Shown: positions 11,442-21,432 of the stretch, one piece after another | Layout of the letters: the number at the start of each line of letters is the position of its first letter | Position numbering within the stretch: position 1 is the stretch's first letter | Origin: an uncultured Bacilli bacterium | GTDB lineage: Bacteria > Bacillota_I > Bacilli_A > RF39 > UBA660 | Direction: 5' to 3' | Length of the DNA: 64,000 nucleotides | Assembly (NCBI GenBank): GCA_934130375.1 | Contig: CAKOXW010000004.1 | Location: forward strand, 25,421 to 89,420 | Made by a program: the position numbers and the translations under genes | The notes under the pieces: generated by a model | Told to the model about the DNA's origin: nothing | The model's input: the letters and a program-made list of their open reading frames with translations, nothing else | The model's database searches: none

Positions 11442-11794
11442 TTTTTTTTATTATTAAAAGTATCATTTCTCAAACTTATTATTTCCTTTTTAATATTTAT
11501 TATTTCATCTTCTATGTTACTAAATTCAATAATTGGCTTAACATTAGATTTTGCCGAATTTTTTTGATTAAGAGTTGTACCTTGTGCATTTATAGTAAGA
11601 ATTACTTGTCCAAGAAGTTCAAAAAAATTACCAAGTGAATTTTGTTCATTAATAGTTAATGTTGGCGAGATTAAAAAACCTGCAATAGTTGCAATTAGTG
11701 TGAATTCATAAGCATTTAGTGAAAATAACCATTTCGAAAATGATTTATAGTCTTGATTTACAAACTTATAAAATTCATCATCCACTAACCTCAC
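11438..11794 (-). CDS. hypothetical protein
   Basis: 118-aa ORF, one hydrophobic segment. Its 3' end overlaps the feoB stop by 4 nt in convergent orientation. Confidence 0.45.
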   Translation of the reverse strand: MRLVDDEFYKFVNQDYKSFSKWLFSLNAYEFTLIATIAGFLISPTLTINEQNSLGNFFELLGQVILTINAQGTTLNQKNSAKSNVKPIIEFSNIEDEIINIKKEIISLRNDTFNNKKN

Positions 11795-11810
11795 CTAATA
11801 AAATTTATGA

Positions 11811-12413
11811 TTATTTATCAGATTTTAAACCACTATAAACAATACCAGATTCCTTTAATATAGGTATTTCATTTATCAATTTCTTATAAGCCTTAGGAAA
11901 ATCATCAGTTGCTATTTTTATTTTATTAATACTTTTATATTTAATATTTTTTAAAAGTTCCAAATAAGCATTTTGTTGATTAACACTACTTTCTTTACTA
12001 AATGCTTGATACTGATGATGTTGTCTTCTTAACCTTGTTGTATAAATATCAGTATCTTTTAAATACAAAACAACAAAGTATATATTAAAATCTAATTCAG
12101 ATAATTTCTTTAATAATCTTTCATAAACCGCATCAAAGTTATAATTTTTGTAACCTAATTTTGCATATACCTCTTCAGTAAAAAACGTCCTGTCAAAAAT
12201 CAAATTTAACTCTGTATCTTCAAGTGCTTCCATATAATTAATTAATCCTAGATACATAGTTTTATTTTTCTCAAAACCAGTCTCACTTTTATCTTTAATA
12301 CCAGTTAATCTATAAAGATTAGAAGACGCTAAATTATCCCTTAAAAAATTAGCCATTGTACTTTTACCAGAACCTTGTGGTCCTTCAATTATAATAATAT
12401 TTCCTCTTGCCAT
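11811..12413 (-). CDS. P-loop NTPase, (d)NMP/nucleoside-kinase-like
   Basis: Start at MARGNIIIIEGPQGSGKST (Walker A) with RBS GAGGTG. Size and layout resemble small nucleotide kinases. Confidence 0.5.
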   Translation of the reverse strand: MARGNIIIIEGPQGSGKSTMANFLRDNLASSNLYRLTGIKDKSETGFEKNKTMYLGLINYMEALEDTELNLIFDRTFFTEEVYAKLGYKNYNFDAVYERLLKKLSELDFNIYFVVLYLKDTDIYTTRLRRQHHQYQAFSKESSVNQQNAYLELLKNIKYKSINKIKIATDDFPKAYKKLINEIPILKESGIVYSGLKSDK

Positions 12414-12469
12414 AACACACCTCAATTTTATATTAACACATTAATTTTTTTATTTAAATATTGTTTACA

Positions 12470-13117
12470 CTACTTTAACACTCTATCTACATTATCAAGT
12501 AATTCTTGAATTTTATTAAAGCAACAAGAAAGTGGATAACCATCAACAAAAATATGACTTACTGAAATATTTAAAGAAATCCAGTACTTATCATCTACCT
12601 TGTAGTATTTACCCCAAGCAACCCTTGGTACACACTGCGAATACTTATCATCAGGCATTGGATGAGTAGCACTTTCGAAATTAATCCAAGGTAAACAAGT
12701 AATATAATACTCATTATATGTATTTTCTGGATTATACTCACCCTTATATTCATTATTATATGCTATATCAACACACTCTCTACAACTTTTATAAAAACTC
12801 TTATAATCCTTGTTATTCTTAAACCTAGCATTAGTAAAAATAGAGTCCTTAGTCATTACGGTAATTGCTGGGTTAATATCATCAAAAATTACTGGTTTTC
12901 CATTATGCATACGCATACGCATCTCAGGAATACTATTTAATCCCAAAACAACTACATAAAGCATGTTTGCAAAAAAAGAACTTTTAGTTTCCTTTGTAAT
13001 TTTTACTAATTTTGTAATATCCATTTTAACAGTTACAGAATATGTACTATCAGTAAAAGAATTAAACCAATCATATGTGGTTTTTCTATTCCAAGTTTCA
13101 ATATCAATCTCTTTCAT
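12470..13117 (-). CDS. chloramphenicol acetyltransferase (CAT, type A) family protein
   Basis: N-terminus reads IDIETWNRKTTYDWF.... C-terminal SVSHIFVDGYPL aligns by eye with the CAT active-site block HHAVCDGFH (His, Asp and Gly retained). Confidence 0.65.
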   Translation of the reverse strand: MKEIDIETWNRKTTYDWFNSFTDSTYSVTVKMDITKLVKITKETKSSFFANMLYVVVLGLNSIPEMRMRMHNGKPVIFDDINPAITVMTKDSIFTNARFKNNKDYKSFYKSCRECVDIAYNNEYKGEYNPENTYNEYYITCLPWINFESATHPMPDDKYSQCVPRVAWGKYYKVDDKYWISLNISVSHIFVDGYPLSCCFNKIQELLDNVDRVLK

Positions 13118-13213
13118 ATACACCTCTTTATTAATTATAGCACTTTTATTGACACATTTTTTAAATAAGTATACAATATAATTGTATTGAGCATGTAATA
13201 CAATGGAGGCGCT

Positions 13214-13924
13214 ATGATAGAAATTAAAAACTTAACAAAAAGTTATGTAAAGGGTAAAAAGGCAGTAGATGATATTTCATTTGATGTTTTAGATGGTGAA
13301 ATATTCGCATTTATTGGACATAATGGTGCGGGTAAAACAACTACAATTAAATCAATAGTTGGAATACTAGATTTTGATTGTGGAAACATTTTAATAAATG
13401 GAAAATCAATAAAAGATGATGCGATAAACGCTAAAAAAGAAATCGCATATGTTCCTGATAACCCAGATTTATATGAAAATATGAAAGCAATCGAATATAT
13501 TAATTTTATTTGTGATATGTATGAAATTTCAAAAGAAGAAAGAAGTAAAAATATTCAAAAGTACTCAAAAATGTTTGAAATTGATGATAAGTTAGATGAC
13601 GAAATATCTTCATTTTCACATGGTATGAAGCAAAAAATTGCACTTATTGCAGCACTTTCTCATAATCCAAGTGTATTAATTATGGATGAACCTTTTGTTG
13701 GACTTGACCCAAAAGCAGTATTTGATATGAAAGAAATAATGAAAAAAATGTGTAAAGAAAAAAAGACAATATTCTTTTCAACACATATACTAGAAGTTGC
13801 TGAAAAACTATGCGATAGAGTTGCAATAATTAAAAATGGTAAAATTGTAAAAATTGGTAAAATGAAGGATATCATGGGAGATGAATCATTAGAGCAAGTC
13901 TTCTTAGAATTGGAAGGTAAATAA
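13214..13924 (+). CDS. ABC transporter ATP-binding protein
   Basis: Walker A GHNGAGKTT, signature FSHGMKQK, Walker B LIMDEP. Confidence 0.9.
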   Translation: MIEIKNLTKSYVKGKKAVDDISFDVLDGEIFAFIGHNGAGKTTTIKSIVGILDFDCGNILINGKSIKDDAINAKKEIAYVPDNPDLYENMKAIEYINFICDMYEISKEERSKNIQKYSKMFEIDDKLDDEISSFSHGMKQKIALIAALSHNPSVLIMDEPFVGLDPKAVFDMKEIMKKMCKEKKTIFFSTHILEVAEKLCDRVAIIKNGKIVKIGKMKDIMGDESLEQVFLELEGK

Positions 13925-15522
13925 TGAAAAAATATTTATCTTTACTAAAAGCAAGTATGTCATATGACATGAACATATTTAGATATACAAATAAAAATAT
14001 GAAAGGACATACTAAAAACTTATTTCCATTATTCCTTGCATTAATAGTTATGTTTTCTATTGGAACACTTACATATCCACTTGCAGAAACCTTATCAAAA
14101 GTAAATTTAACATATATTATGATTTCACTTGTCGCATCATCCCTAACATTACTTACAGTTATTGAAGCAATATATAAATCACAAAACATATTATTTGACG
14201 CTAAAGACAATGATTTGCTAATGTCCCTACCAATACCAAAATCATATATTATTTCATCAAGATTAATAAAACTATACACATTTCAATTTCTATTTAATTT
14301 GCTATTTATTATACCAACAAGTATTATTTATATATATTTTACAAAACCAAACATTTCATATTACATTTCAACCTTGTTATTTTCAATACTACTCCCTATA
14401 ATACCAACAATAATTGGTTCATTCATTGGACTTGGTATTAAAAAATTATCAAGTAGGTTTAAATCGCAGAAAATAATTCAAACTATATTCTCAATAATAA
14501 TGCTATTAATAATTATGGCTATGTCCTTTGGCCTTGAAAATATTACTAATTCAATTGTTACAAATGCAGATAAAGTTAATAATATAATAACAGGTATATT
14601 CTACCCAATTAAATTATACTTAAATCTAATTAACAAATTAAATGCAATAGATATTATTAAACTACTTATAATCAATATTGTACCTGCATACCTTTTTGTA
14701 TTACTAGCAAGCAAATTTAATTTAACAATTGCAAATAATAATTCTAACAAGATAAGCTCTAAGAAAAAAAACGGTTATAATTATGATAAAAGTTCTAAGT
14801 TAATCGCACTAACTAAAAAAGAATTTAAAAAATATATATCAACTCCAGCATATATGATAAATACATTCTTTTCAATAATTATGTTTATTGGTGTTGTGTT
14901 ACTCGCATCTTTTAAATTCGACCTAGTAATAAATTATCTAACTACTAATGGCGGTGAACAAATTAGTATTAGTGATATATATACAATGATACCAAAGTTC
15001 TTCATATCACTTATAATTTTCACTTCATGCCTAACTTCTATTACCTCATCAAGTATATCTTTAGAAGGTTCTAGAATTAGTATACTTAAATCATTACCAG
15101 TAAGCACTAAGACAATACTAAAATCTAAAATATTAAATAGCATTTTAATAACTATTCCTTTTCTAATAATTGGTAATGCAATTGCAATATACTCATTTAA
15201 ATTTTCATTTATTGATATGATAAGTTCATTGTTAATATCAATAATACTTCCAATATTTGTTGCTGTTTTTGGATTAATAGTAAACTTAAAATATCCAAAA
15301 ATGAATGCATCTAGTGATACTGAAGTAATAAAACAAAGTGCTAGTTCTATGATTTCAACCTTATCAGGAATGGTTTTCGCAACTATTATTATTGCTATAT
15401 TATTTACAATCGAAAGTAAATATATATCACTAATAATAACATTTATTATTGCAATACTTACTTTCATATCATACAAAATACTAATTGTGTATGGAGATAA
15501 TAGATTTAAAGAAATTAATTAA
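13924..15522 (+). CDS. polytopic membrane protein, putative permease partner of the ABC ATPase
   Basis: 532 aa with many TM segments. Its start overlaps the stop of the ATPase gene (ATGA). Confidence 0.65.
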   Translation: MKKYLSLLKASMSYDMNIFRYTNKNMKGHTKNLFPLFLALIVMFSIGTLTYPLAETLSKVNLTYIMISLVASSLTLLTVIEAIYKSQNILFDAKDNDLLMSLPIPKSYIISSRLIKLYTFQFLFNLLFIIPTSIIYIYFTKPNISYYISTLLFSILLPIIPTIIGSFIGLGIKKLSSRFKSQKIIQTIFSIIMLLIIMAMSFGLENITNSIVTNADKVNNIITGIFYPIKLYLNLINKLNAIDIIKLLIINIVPAYLFVLLASKFNLTIANNNSNKISSKKKNGYNYDKSSKLIALTKKEFKKYISTPAYMINTFFSIIMFIGVVLLASFKFDLVINYLTTNGGEQISISDIYTMIPKFFISLIIFTSCLTSITSSSISLEGSRISILKSLPVSTKTILKSKILNSILITIPFLIIGNAIAIYSFKFSFIDMISSLLISIILPIFVAVFGLIVNLKYPKMNASSDTEVIKQSASSMISTLSGMVFATIIIAILFTIESKYISLIITFIIAILTFISYKILIVYGDNRFKEIN

Positions 15523-15586
15523 CTACCAATTGGTAGTTTTTATTTACATATTATTAAGTCCGTGCTATTATTAAAATGGTGATAAT

Positions 15587-16093
15587 ATGGAAACTAGAAA
15601 GACAAAAAAAGAAATTGTGCAAATGCTTTTAAAGAAGCAATTTGAAGAAAATGATGAAGAAGAATTAATAAATATGCTTATTGATGAACCAATTGCGGTA
15701 GATGTTGATAAATTAAGTGATGCAAATAGAAGTTTTGGTGACAAAGTTGCTGATAAAATAACCGAAGTTGCAGGAAGTTGGTATTTTATAATAGGCATGA
15801 TATGTTTTCTACTTTTATGGATTTTATCAAACTTATTCATTTTAAAAGAAGCAGACCCTTATCCGTTTATTTTACTTAATCTAATTCTTTCATGCATAGC
15901 AGCATTGCAGGCACCAATAATAATGATGAGCCAAAATAGAGAAGCAAAAAAAGATAGACTAAGAAGTTCAAATGACTATAAGACTGACTTAAAAAGTGAA
16001 TTAATTCTTGAAGAACTTCATATAGAAATGAAAAAAATAATGTCTAATCAAGCAAAAATATTGAAATATATAAATGAAAACAAAGACAAGTAA
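15587..16093 (+). CDS. DUF1003-type membrane protein
   Basis: Motif block DPYPFILLNLILSCIAALQAPIIMMSQNR as recalled for DUF1003. Confidence 0.65.
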   Translation: METRKTKKEIVQMLLKKQFEENDEEELINMLIDEPIAVDVDKLSDANRSFGDKVADKITEVAGSWYFIIGMICFLLLWILSNLFILKEADPYPFILLNLILSCIAALQAPIIMMSQNREAKKDRLRSSNDYKTDLKSELILEELHIEMKKIMSNQAKILKYINENKDK

Positions 16094-16129
16094 TATTATA
16101 ATTTGCTATAATTAAAAAGGTGATTTTTT

Positions 16130-16600
16130 ATGTTGAAAAAATATTTAATAGTATTCTTTGTATCAATGGTTCCAATCATTGAATTAAGAGGTGCAATACC
16201 ATATGCAGTTGGATTTGGCTTACCACTTCTACCTTCATATATCATTGCAATAATTGGTAATATGATACCCGTACCATTTATATTCTTATTTGCAAGAAAA
16301 GTATTAGTATGGGGAAGTACAAAAAAATATATAGGCAAGTTCTTTTCTTGGTGCCTAAAAAAGGGCGAAAAAGGCGGAGAAAAATTAAAACAATCTGCAG
16401 GAAAAGGTTTATACATTGCATTACTTATATTTGTAGGTATTCCACTTCCTGGTACAGGAGCATGGACTGGTACCCTAGCCGCATCACTTCTAAATATGGA
16501 CTTTAAGAAAAGTACCTTAGCAGTAATGGGCGGTGTAATACTTGCAGGCATAATAATGGGTATATTATCATTAGGTGTATTTAAAGGATTACTAGGTTAA
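16130..16600 (+). CDS. small multidrug-export-like membrane protein (COG2426 type)
   Basis: N-terminal PIIELRGAIPYA motif and four TM segments. Preferred over the antisense ORF 16096..16551. Confidence 0.6.
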   Translation: MLKKYLIVFFVSMVPIIELRGAIPYAVGFGLPLLPSYIIAIIGNMIPVPFIFLFARKVLVWGSTKKYIGKFFSWCLKKGEKGGEKLKQSAGKGLYIALLIFVGIPLPGTGAWTGTLAASLLNMDFKKSTLAVMGGVILAGIIMGILSLGVFKGLLG

Positions 16601-16670
16601 AAAGTGTTAGATGTAAATCTAATGCTTTTTATTTTGTTTTATATGATACTAAATATAGACAAAGTATTAT

Positions 16671-16689
16671 TTAAGCCCACGACTACACA
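16671..16689 (-). repeat. terminator-adjacent conserved motif, copy 1 (plus strand TTAAGCCCACGACTACACA)
   Basis: On the minus strand it directly follows the tRNA-Trp terminator hairpin (16706-16724) and T-run. Confidence 0.8.
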
Positions 16690-16739
16690 TAAATAAAAGA
16701 AAAAAGAAACTAGCAATTAGTTCCTTTGTAATATCTTAA

Positions 16740-16813
16740 TGGCAGGGGTGGAGAGAATCGAACTCCCAACAGTGGTTTTGGAGACCATTATTATACCATT
16801 TAACTACACCCCT
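16740..16813 (-). tRNA. tRNA-Trp (anticodon CCA), CCA encoded
   Basis: Reverse complement reads AGGGGTGTAGTTAAATGGTATAATAATGGTCTCCAAAACCACTGTTGGGAGTTCGATTCTCTCCACCCCTGCCA. Acceptor AGGGGTG/CACCCCT, anticodon loop CTCCAAA. Confidence 0.9.
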
Positions 16814-16863
16814 GTAGTACTAAAATTATAACACATATTTTAAGTGCAAACAATAAAGTTATT

Positions 16864-17382
16864 CTAATTTCCTAAAATTTTTGTTATAATTTCTAAATTA
16901 TATAGTGTTTCATCATCATTATTTAAATCAACATCATCAGTTCTATCAGTTTGTAAACCCAAAAAATGACATATATTATGAACAACCCATTCATTTTTCA
17001 TTGCAGGAATAGTCCTATTCCACTTACTTGGATTTTCAAGTTCATATTTTTCTAATACGCTTAATATTTCTTCAATATCTTCCCTATTAGTTATTTTATA
17101 AGAAGACATAATTTTCATATTCGCATCACTTAATTCTCTTCCATCTACACAAACTATATCATTACTTAAAGAATTCTCTAAATAATACTCCTCTTCACCC
17201 AACTTACATATATAAATATTACCATTTCTATAAGTTCCATAAGGTAAAATACTTGTACTACAAATCTCAACAATACTTTTATCTTCTACCTCCAAGGTAT
17301 CTTGTTTAAATAACAATAATACAAGCATACAGTAAAATAACAAATCTTTCTTCTTTCTAATTTTATCATTTCCAAATTTCAT
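16864..17382 (-). CDS. hypothetical protein with N-terminal hydrophobic segment
   Basis: 172-aa ORF. No family recognised. Confidence 0.45.
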   Translation of the reverse strand: MKFGNDKIRKKKDLLFYCMLVLLLFKQDTLEVEDKSIVEICSTSILPYGTYRNGNIYICKLGEEEYYLENSLSNDIVCVDGRELSDANMKIMSSYKITNREDIEEILSVLEKYELENPSKWNRTIPAMKNEWVVHNICHFLGLQTDRTDDVDLNNDDETLYNLEIITKILGN

Positions 17383-17468
17383 TTTATCACTTCCAAAAAA
17401 ACAAGGTATTATTTTACTTTAATGTTAATATTTTGTCAACTTTGGAATAAAATATAAAGGTGATATAT

Positions 17469-17891
17469 ATGCTTATAAAATATACTTCTAAGGAATTAGA
17501 TTTACTTGCAAGATTAATGAGAGCAGAAGCTATAGGTGAAGGAAATCTAGGTATGCTTATGGTTGGAAATGTTGCTACTAATAGAGTTATTGCTGATTGT
17601 CTTGATTTTAAAAATATAAAAACTATATATCAAATGATATATCAAACACCTGGTGGTTTTTCAGGAAAAGATAGTAGTTTATTCTACAGCAATCCAACTA
17701 CAAAATTAAAACAACTTGCAGAAAGAATATTAAGAGGAGAAACATTTCATCCTGCAACTAATTCATTATGGTTTTATGCCCCAGGTAATAACACATGCAA
17801 AAACACATGGTACAATCAAAAATTATCAGGAAGATACAAAAGCCATTGTTTCTATGAACCAAATAGCGGGGTATGTAATGAATTACATTAA
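17469..17891 (+). CDS. cell-wall hydrolase of the SleB/CwlJ (Hydrolase_2) type
   Basis: LLARLMRAEAIGEGNLGMLMVGNVATNRV... matches the conserved N-terminal block of spore cortex-lytic SleB/CwlJ catalytic domains. ATG at 17469 with RBS AAAGGTGA. Confidence 0.7.
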   Translation: MLIKYTSKELDLLARLMRAEAIGEGNLGMLMVGNVATNRVIADCLDFKNIKTIYQMIYQTPGGFSGKDSSLFYSNPTTKLKQLAERILRGETFHPATNSLWFYAPGNNTCKNTWYNQKLSGRYKSHCFYEPNSGVCNELH

Positions 17892-17903
17892 AAAATATCG
17901 TTT

Positions 17904-19046
17904 TTAATTCGATATTTTTATTTTTTGACCAATACTTAATAAATTTGAACTTAAATTATTAATTTTCTTTAAATCAGCAACAGTAGTGTTGTACGTTCTA
18001 GCAATTGAATAAAGACTATCACCTTTTTTTACAGTATAAGTTTTAGTAACATCTGTTGAACTAGTCTTACCTGGAATTTTCAATACCATTCCAACATCTA
18101 AATTATTGCTAGTTAGATTATTAAGTCTTTTAATTGCATCTACAGTTGTATTATATGTTCTAGCAATCGCATAAAGATTGTCACCTTTTTTTACTACATA
18201 TTCATCCTCACCTATTTGTTCTTCACCAGCATAAGTTGGCAATTTCAATATTTGTCCAACATATAAAGTACCATCGGTAAGATTATTTAATCTAATTAAT
18301 TCATCCTTGTTAATATTGTTGTTTTTAGCAATACTATCAATTGTGTCACCATATTGCACTACATACGTGTTAGTAGGGCTTGGTTCCTGTTCTATTATTA
18401 TAGTATCTTTTGTTGGAATTTTTAATTCTTGGTTTATATTTAATATGTTACTAGATAAGTTATTAAGTCTTTTTATTTCAGATACAGTAGTGTTATATTT
18501 TGCTGCAATTGAATAAAGACTATCACCTTTTTTTACTACGTATGTTATGTTTGTGCCAACTGGTTCAACAAAACCAGGTATTATTAATTTCTGATTAACA
18601 CTAATTAGATTGTTCTTAAGGTTGTTTGCTGATTTTAATGCATCTACACTTACATCAAATTTTTTAGCAATTGAGTATAGACTATCTCCTCTTTTTACTA
18701 CATATATAGAACTATCTGACACCTTGTCGTATGGTACTCCTATGTAACTTGCAACAGCTCTAACCGTTGCTTCCGCTAAATTTTGCCAGTTATTTTTAAT
18801 GAAGTTAGCATCCTCCACATTATCAACAAATCCGTATTCTATAAGTACAGGTTCCGTTTTTCCGGTAAGTCTGTGGATAAAATAGTAGTCCTTGGATGGA
18901 TCAGATGGTAATCTTCTTTGATACCATTTTCTAATATTTTGCCCCTCTTTAGCAAGTTCCTCTAATATCATTTTAGCAAGAGTGTCATTATTTCTAAGTG
19001 CGTAGATTGCTTCAGCACCTTTCCCACCTGGTGACAGCTCTAGTGG
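17904..19046 (-). pseudogene. 3' fragment of an interrupted N-acetylmuramoyl-L-alanine amidase (Amidase_3) + 5x LysM gene
   Basis: The reading frame is open upstream of the track's Met up to 19046: PLELSPGGKGAEAIYALRNNDTLAKMILEELAKEG.... That is the distal half of an Amidase_3 domain. Five LysM repeats follow (Y.VKKGDSLYSIA....V..L...N.L). Confidence 0.85.
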
Positions 19047-19450
19047 TTATTAATACTTTGCTTTAAAGCTTGTAGAAATTCAATCTTTTTATCCTCTGGT
19101 ATTGATAAATTCATTTTTGAACCTACAGCCATTATACTTGGTTTTTTAAAATATTCTTTATCCATCAATTCACTTAATGCAATTTCTAAATTAATATCCT
19201 TTTTGGCATATTCCCTGATATCTTCTAAATAGTAATGATAATTATTATCTTTAAATACTTTAAATAATTCTAAATGATCAGAATTCAACGTAAATTTATT
19301 TTTTTCTAACATAGATATTTTAGTATTCATTCTTTCTATTTCTAATTGTAATTTTTCTATTTGTTCTTCTAGTACAGAAATATACTTTTCTTTATCATAC
19401 TTTTTCTTTGCATCAATAATTGTATCTTTTACTTCTGCAACAACTGACAT
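19040..19450 (-). CDS. hypothetical coiled-coil protein at the extreme end of the element
   Basis: Start MSVVAEVKD with RBS GGAGGTG. The stop codon lies about 12 nt from the att-like patch. Directly downstream of the recombinase gene. Confidence 0.55.
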   Translation of the reverse strand: MSVVAEVKDTIIDAKKKYDKEKYISVLEEQIEKLQLEIERMNTKISMLEKNKFTLNSDHLELFKVFKDNNYHYYLEDIREYAKKDINLEIALSELMDKEYFKKPSIMAVGSKMNLSIPEDKKIEFLQALKQSINNH

Positions 19451-19577
19451 ATTCTCACCTCCACTTCTAAAAAAAACGTCAGCACAAAACTCATAACAAG
19501 CCTGTACTAGCACTCTTATATAAGATATTATACTACAAATAATATTTTTTTGAAATAGATATTCTCATTTTTATCAA

Positions 19578-21239
19578 TTATGCGCTAGTCTTCCCACATC
19601 TTCCATAGGGATTTCTTATTGGATTCTTATCAATATATTTAAAAGTGTAATCATCAAGTATTTTATATTTAAATTTAATTGTTATGTTTCTGTCTTCATC
19701 TGCTTCTATTCTATCTATTAGGGTAAATAACAAGTCTCTATTTGGTTTTTCTATATTTAATAATTCTTTTATCTTTTTTGTATAATTTGGTATTTTATTA
19801 GCACTATTTTTTCTCTTTAAATTTTCAAGTTCTATTTCTTCTAATTTATCTTTTAAGTTTCTCATTTTTTGTTCATAAGGAGATACTATCATTTTGTATG
19901 ATTCTAAAGAAATATTACCATCAATTCTATCTTGATAAACTATTTGAATATTAGAAGATAATTTTAAAAAATCTTTTTCTATATCTTTCTTTATTTCATC
20001 AAGTGATTTAGTACCCGAATTAGTTCTATTAATTATTTCATCATTTAATTCTTTAATACTTAATCCTTTAAATAAATTAGATAATAATTTGTTTAATTCT
20101 TCTAATACTTCTTCTTCGAAATAATCATATGGAAAGAAATGAGCTTTACATCTTCCTCTAATTGGGTCTCTAGCATATCTATTACAATTAATAGTCCAAT
20201 AATCATGATTTTTTCTATAAGTTACTCCTAATCTATTTCCACATTCTTTGCAATAGATTAATCCTTCGAGTAATCTAATTGGTCTTTCTGTTTTTTTAGT
20301 AACAGTTCTATTATGATTATCCCTTTTTTTATTTATTATTCTAAATGTCTCTTTATCTACTAATGGTTCATGAGTACTTTCTACTATTACCCATAAGCTT
20401 TGATCTAGTGTTACTTTCTTTTTAGATTTATAACTAATATTAGTTTGAGTATGTTGTACCATATCACCAGTATACATTCTATTTTGTAATAGTTTTTTAA
20501 CTGAATGTATTGTCCATATATCTTTTTCTTTTACTCTTGAAGATATTGGTAAATTCTTATAAGCACTTGGTGTTGGTGCTCCTAATTTAGTAAGACGAGT
20601 TGCTATTTCAGATATTCCTATATCATTTGCTCTCCATTCAAACATTTGCTTAACATAAGGTGCCGTATTAGGGTCTACAATTAGATGTCCTTTATCTTCA
20701 GGGTCTCTCATATAACCATAACATGGTTTACTACCTATAAATTTACCATCTTTTCTTTTGGCATCCAATACATTTCTTATTTTTAATGAGTTTTGTTTAC
20801 TATAATAATCATTGCAAGCAATAATGAATGTTGATGAATCATTACTTGCTTGATTTTTCATACTATCATAGTTTTCAACAATTGATATAAATCTTACTTT
20901 ATTTTCAGGAAAATAAGTTTCAATATAATATCCAGTCATTACATGATCTCTACCTAGTCTTGATAAATCTTTTACTACTACAAGATTAATTTTTTTATTC
21001 TTTATATCTTCAATCATTCTAATAAATCCTGGTCTATCAAAATTTGTTCCCGAATAACCATCATCTACATACTCATCTATTAGATTAAATCCATTTTTTA
21101 AACAATAGTCTCTTAATATTTCTTTTTGATTAGTAACACTTTCACTATCTGACTCATATTTTTTATCTTTATCTTCTTGAGAAAGTCTAATATAAATACC
21201 TGCATTATAATTCATATTTGTTAAGTAACTATAATCCAT
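19578..21239 (-). CDS. large serine recombinase
   Basis: 553 aa. N-terminal resolvase domain (AGIYIRLSQEDKD, VVVKDLSRLGRD), a recombinase domain, a zinc-ribbon (CKECGNRL...C..YARDPIRGRC) and a coiled-coil C-terminus. Confidence 0.9.
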   Translation of the reverse strand: MDYSYLTNMNYNAGIYIRLSQEDKDKKYESDSESVTNQKEILRDYCLKNGFNLIDEYVDDGYSGTNFDRPGFIRMIEDIKNKKINLVVVKDLSRLGRDHVMTGYYIETYFPENKVRFISIVENYDSMKNQASNDSSTFIIACNDYYSKQNSLKIRNVLDAKRKDGKFIGSKPCYGYMRDPEDKGHLIVDPNTAPYVKQMFEWRANDIGISEIATRLTKLGAPTPSAYKNLPISSRVKEKDIWTIHSVKKLLQNRMYTGDMVQHTQTNISYKSKKKVTLDQSLWVIVESTHEPLVDKETFRIINKKRDNHNRTVTKKTERPIRLLEGLIYCKECGNRLGVTYRKNHDYWTINCNRYARDPIRGRCKAHFFPYDYFEEEVLEELNKLLSNLFKGLSIKELNDEIINRTNSGTKSLDEIKKDIEKDFLKLSSNIQIVYQDRIDGNISLESYKMIVSPYEQKMRNLKDKLEEIELENLKRKNSANKIPNYTKKIKELLNIEKPNRDLLFTLIDRIEADEDRNITIKFKYKILDDYTFKYIDKNPIRNPYGRCGKTSA

Positions 21240-21432
21240 CTTCTACCTCCTCATTTTATAGCACTTAACTTTCTTCGAGACAAGTGCATCTTACCATGAT
21301 AAATAAAAATAAGCAAATCATTAGAATTATTTTTCTTCCATAATTTGCTTTAATAAATAATTTAATATTAATTTTTTAAAAATTTCCTTTTTATCTTCTT
21401 TCATACTTAAATTTATGTCTACCATAAAAGGA

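Noticed and set aside
13660-15840. Minus-strand ORFs 13660-13875, 13872-14279, 14934-15476 and 15571-15840
   Set aside because: They are antisense shadows of the ABC ATPase, permease and DUF1003 genes. They have hydrophobic low-complexity translations typical of reverse frames in AT-rich DNA.
16096-16551. 151-aa minus-strand ORF overlapping 16130-16600
   Set aside because: The plus-strand product has a coherent four-TM topology and the ELRGAIP motif. The minus-strand product is Pro-rich with no recognisable features.
21330-21407. 25-codon mini-ORF (MKEDKKEIFKKLILNYLLKQIMEEK) upstream of the recombinase gene
   Set aside because: It is too short, has no clear RBS, and has AT-rich composition. 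It cannot be distinguished from chance.
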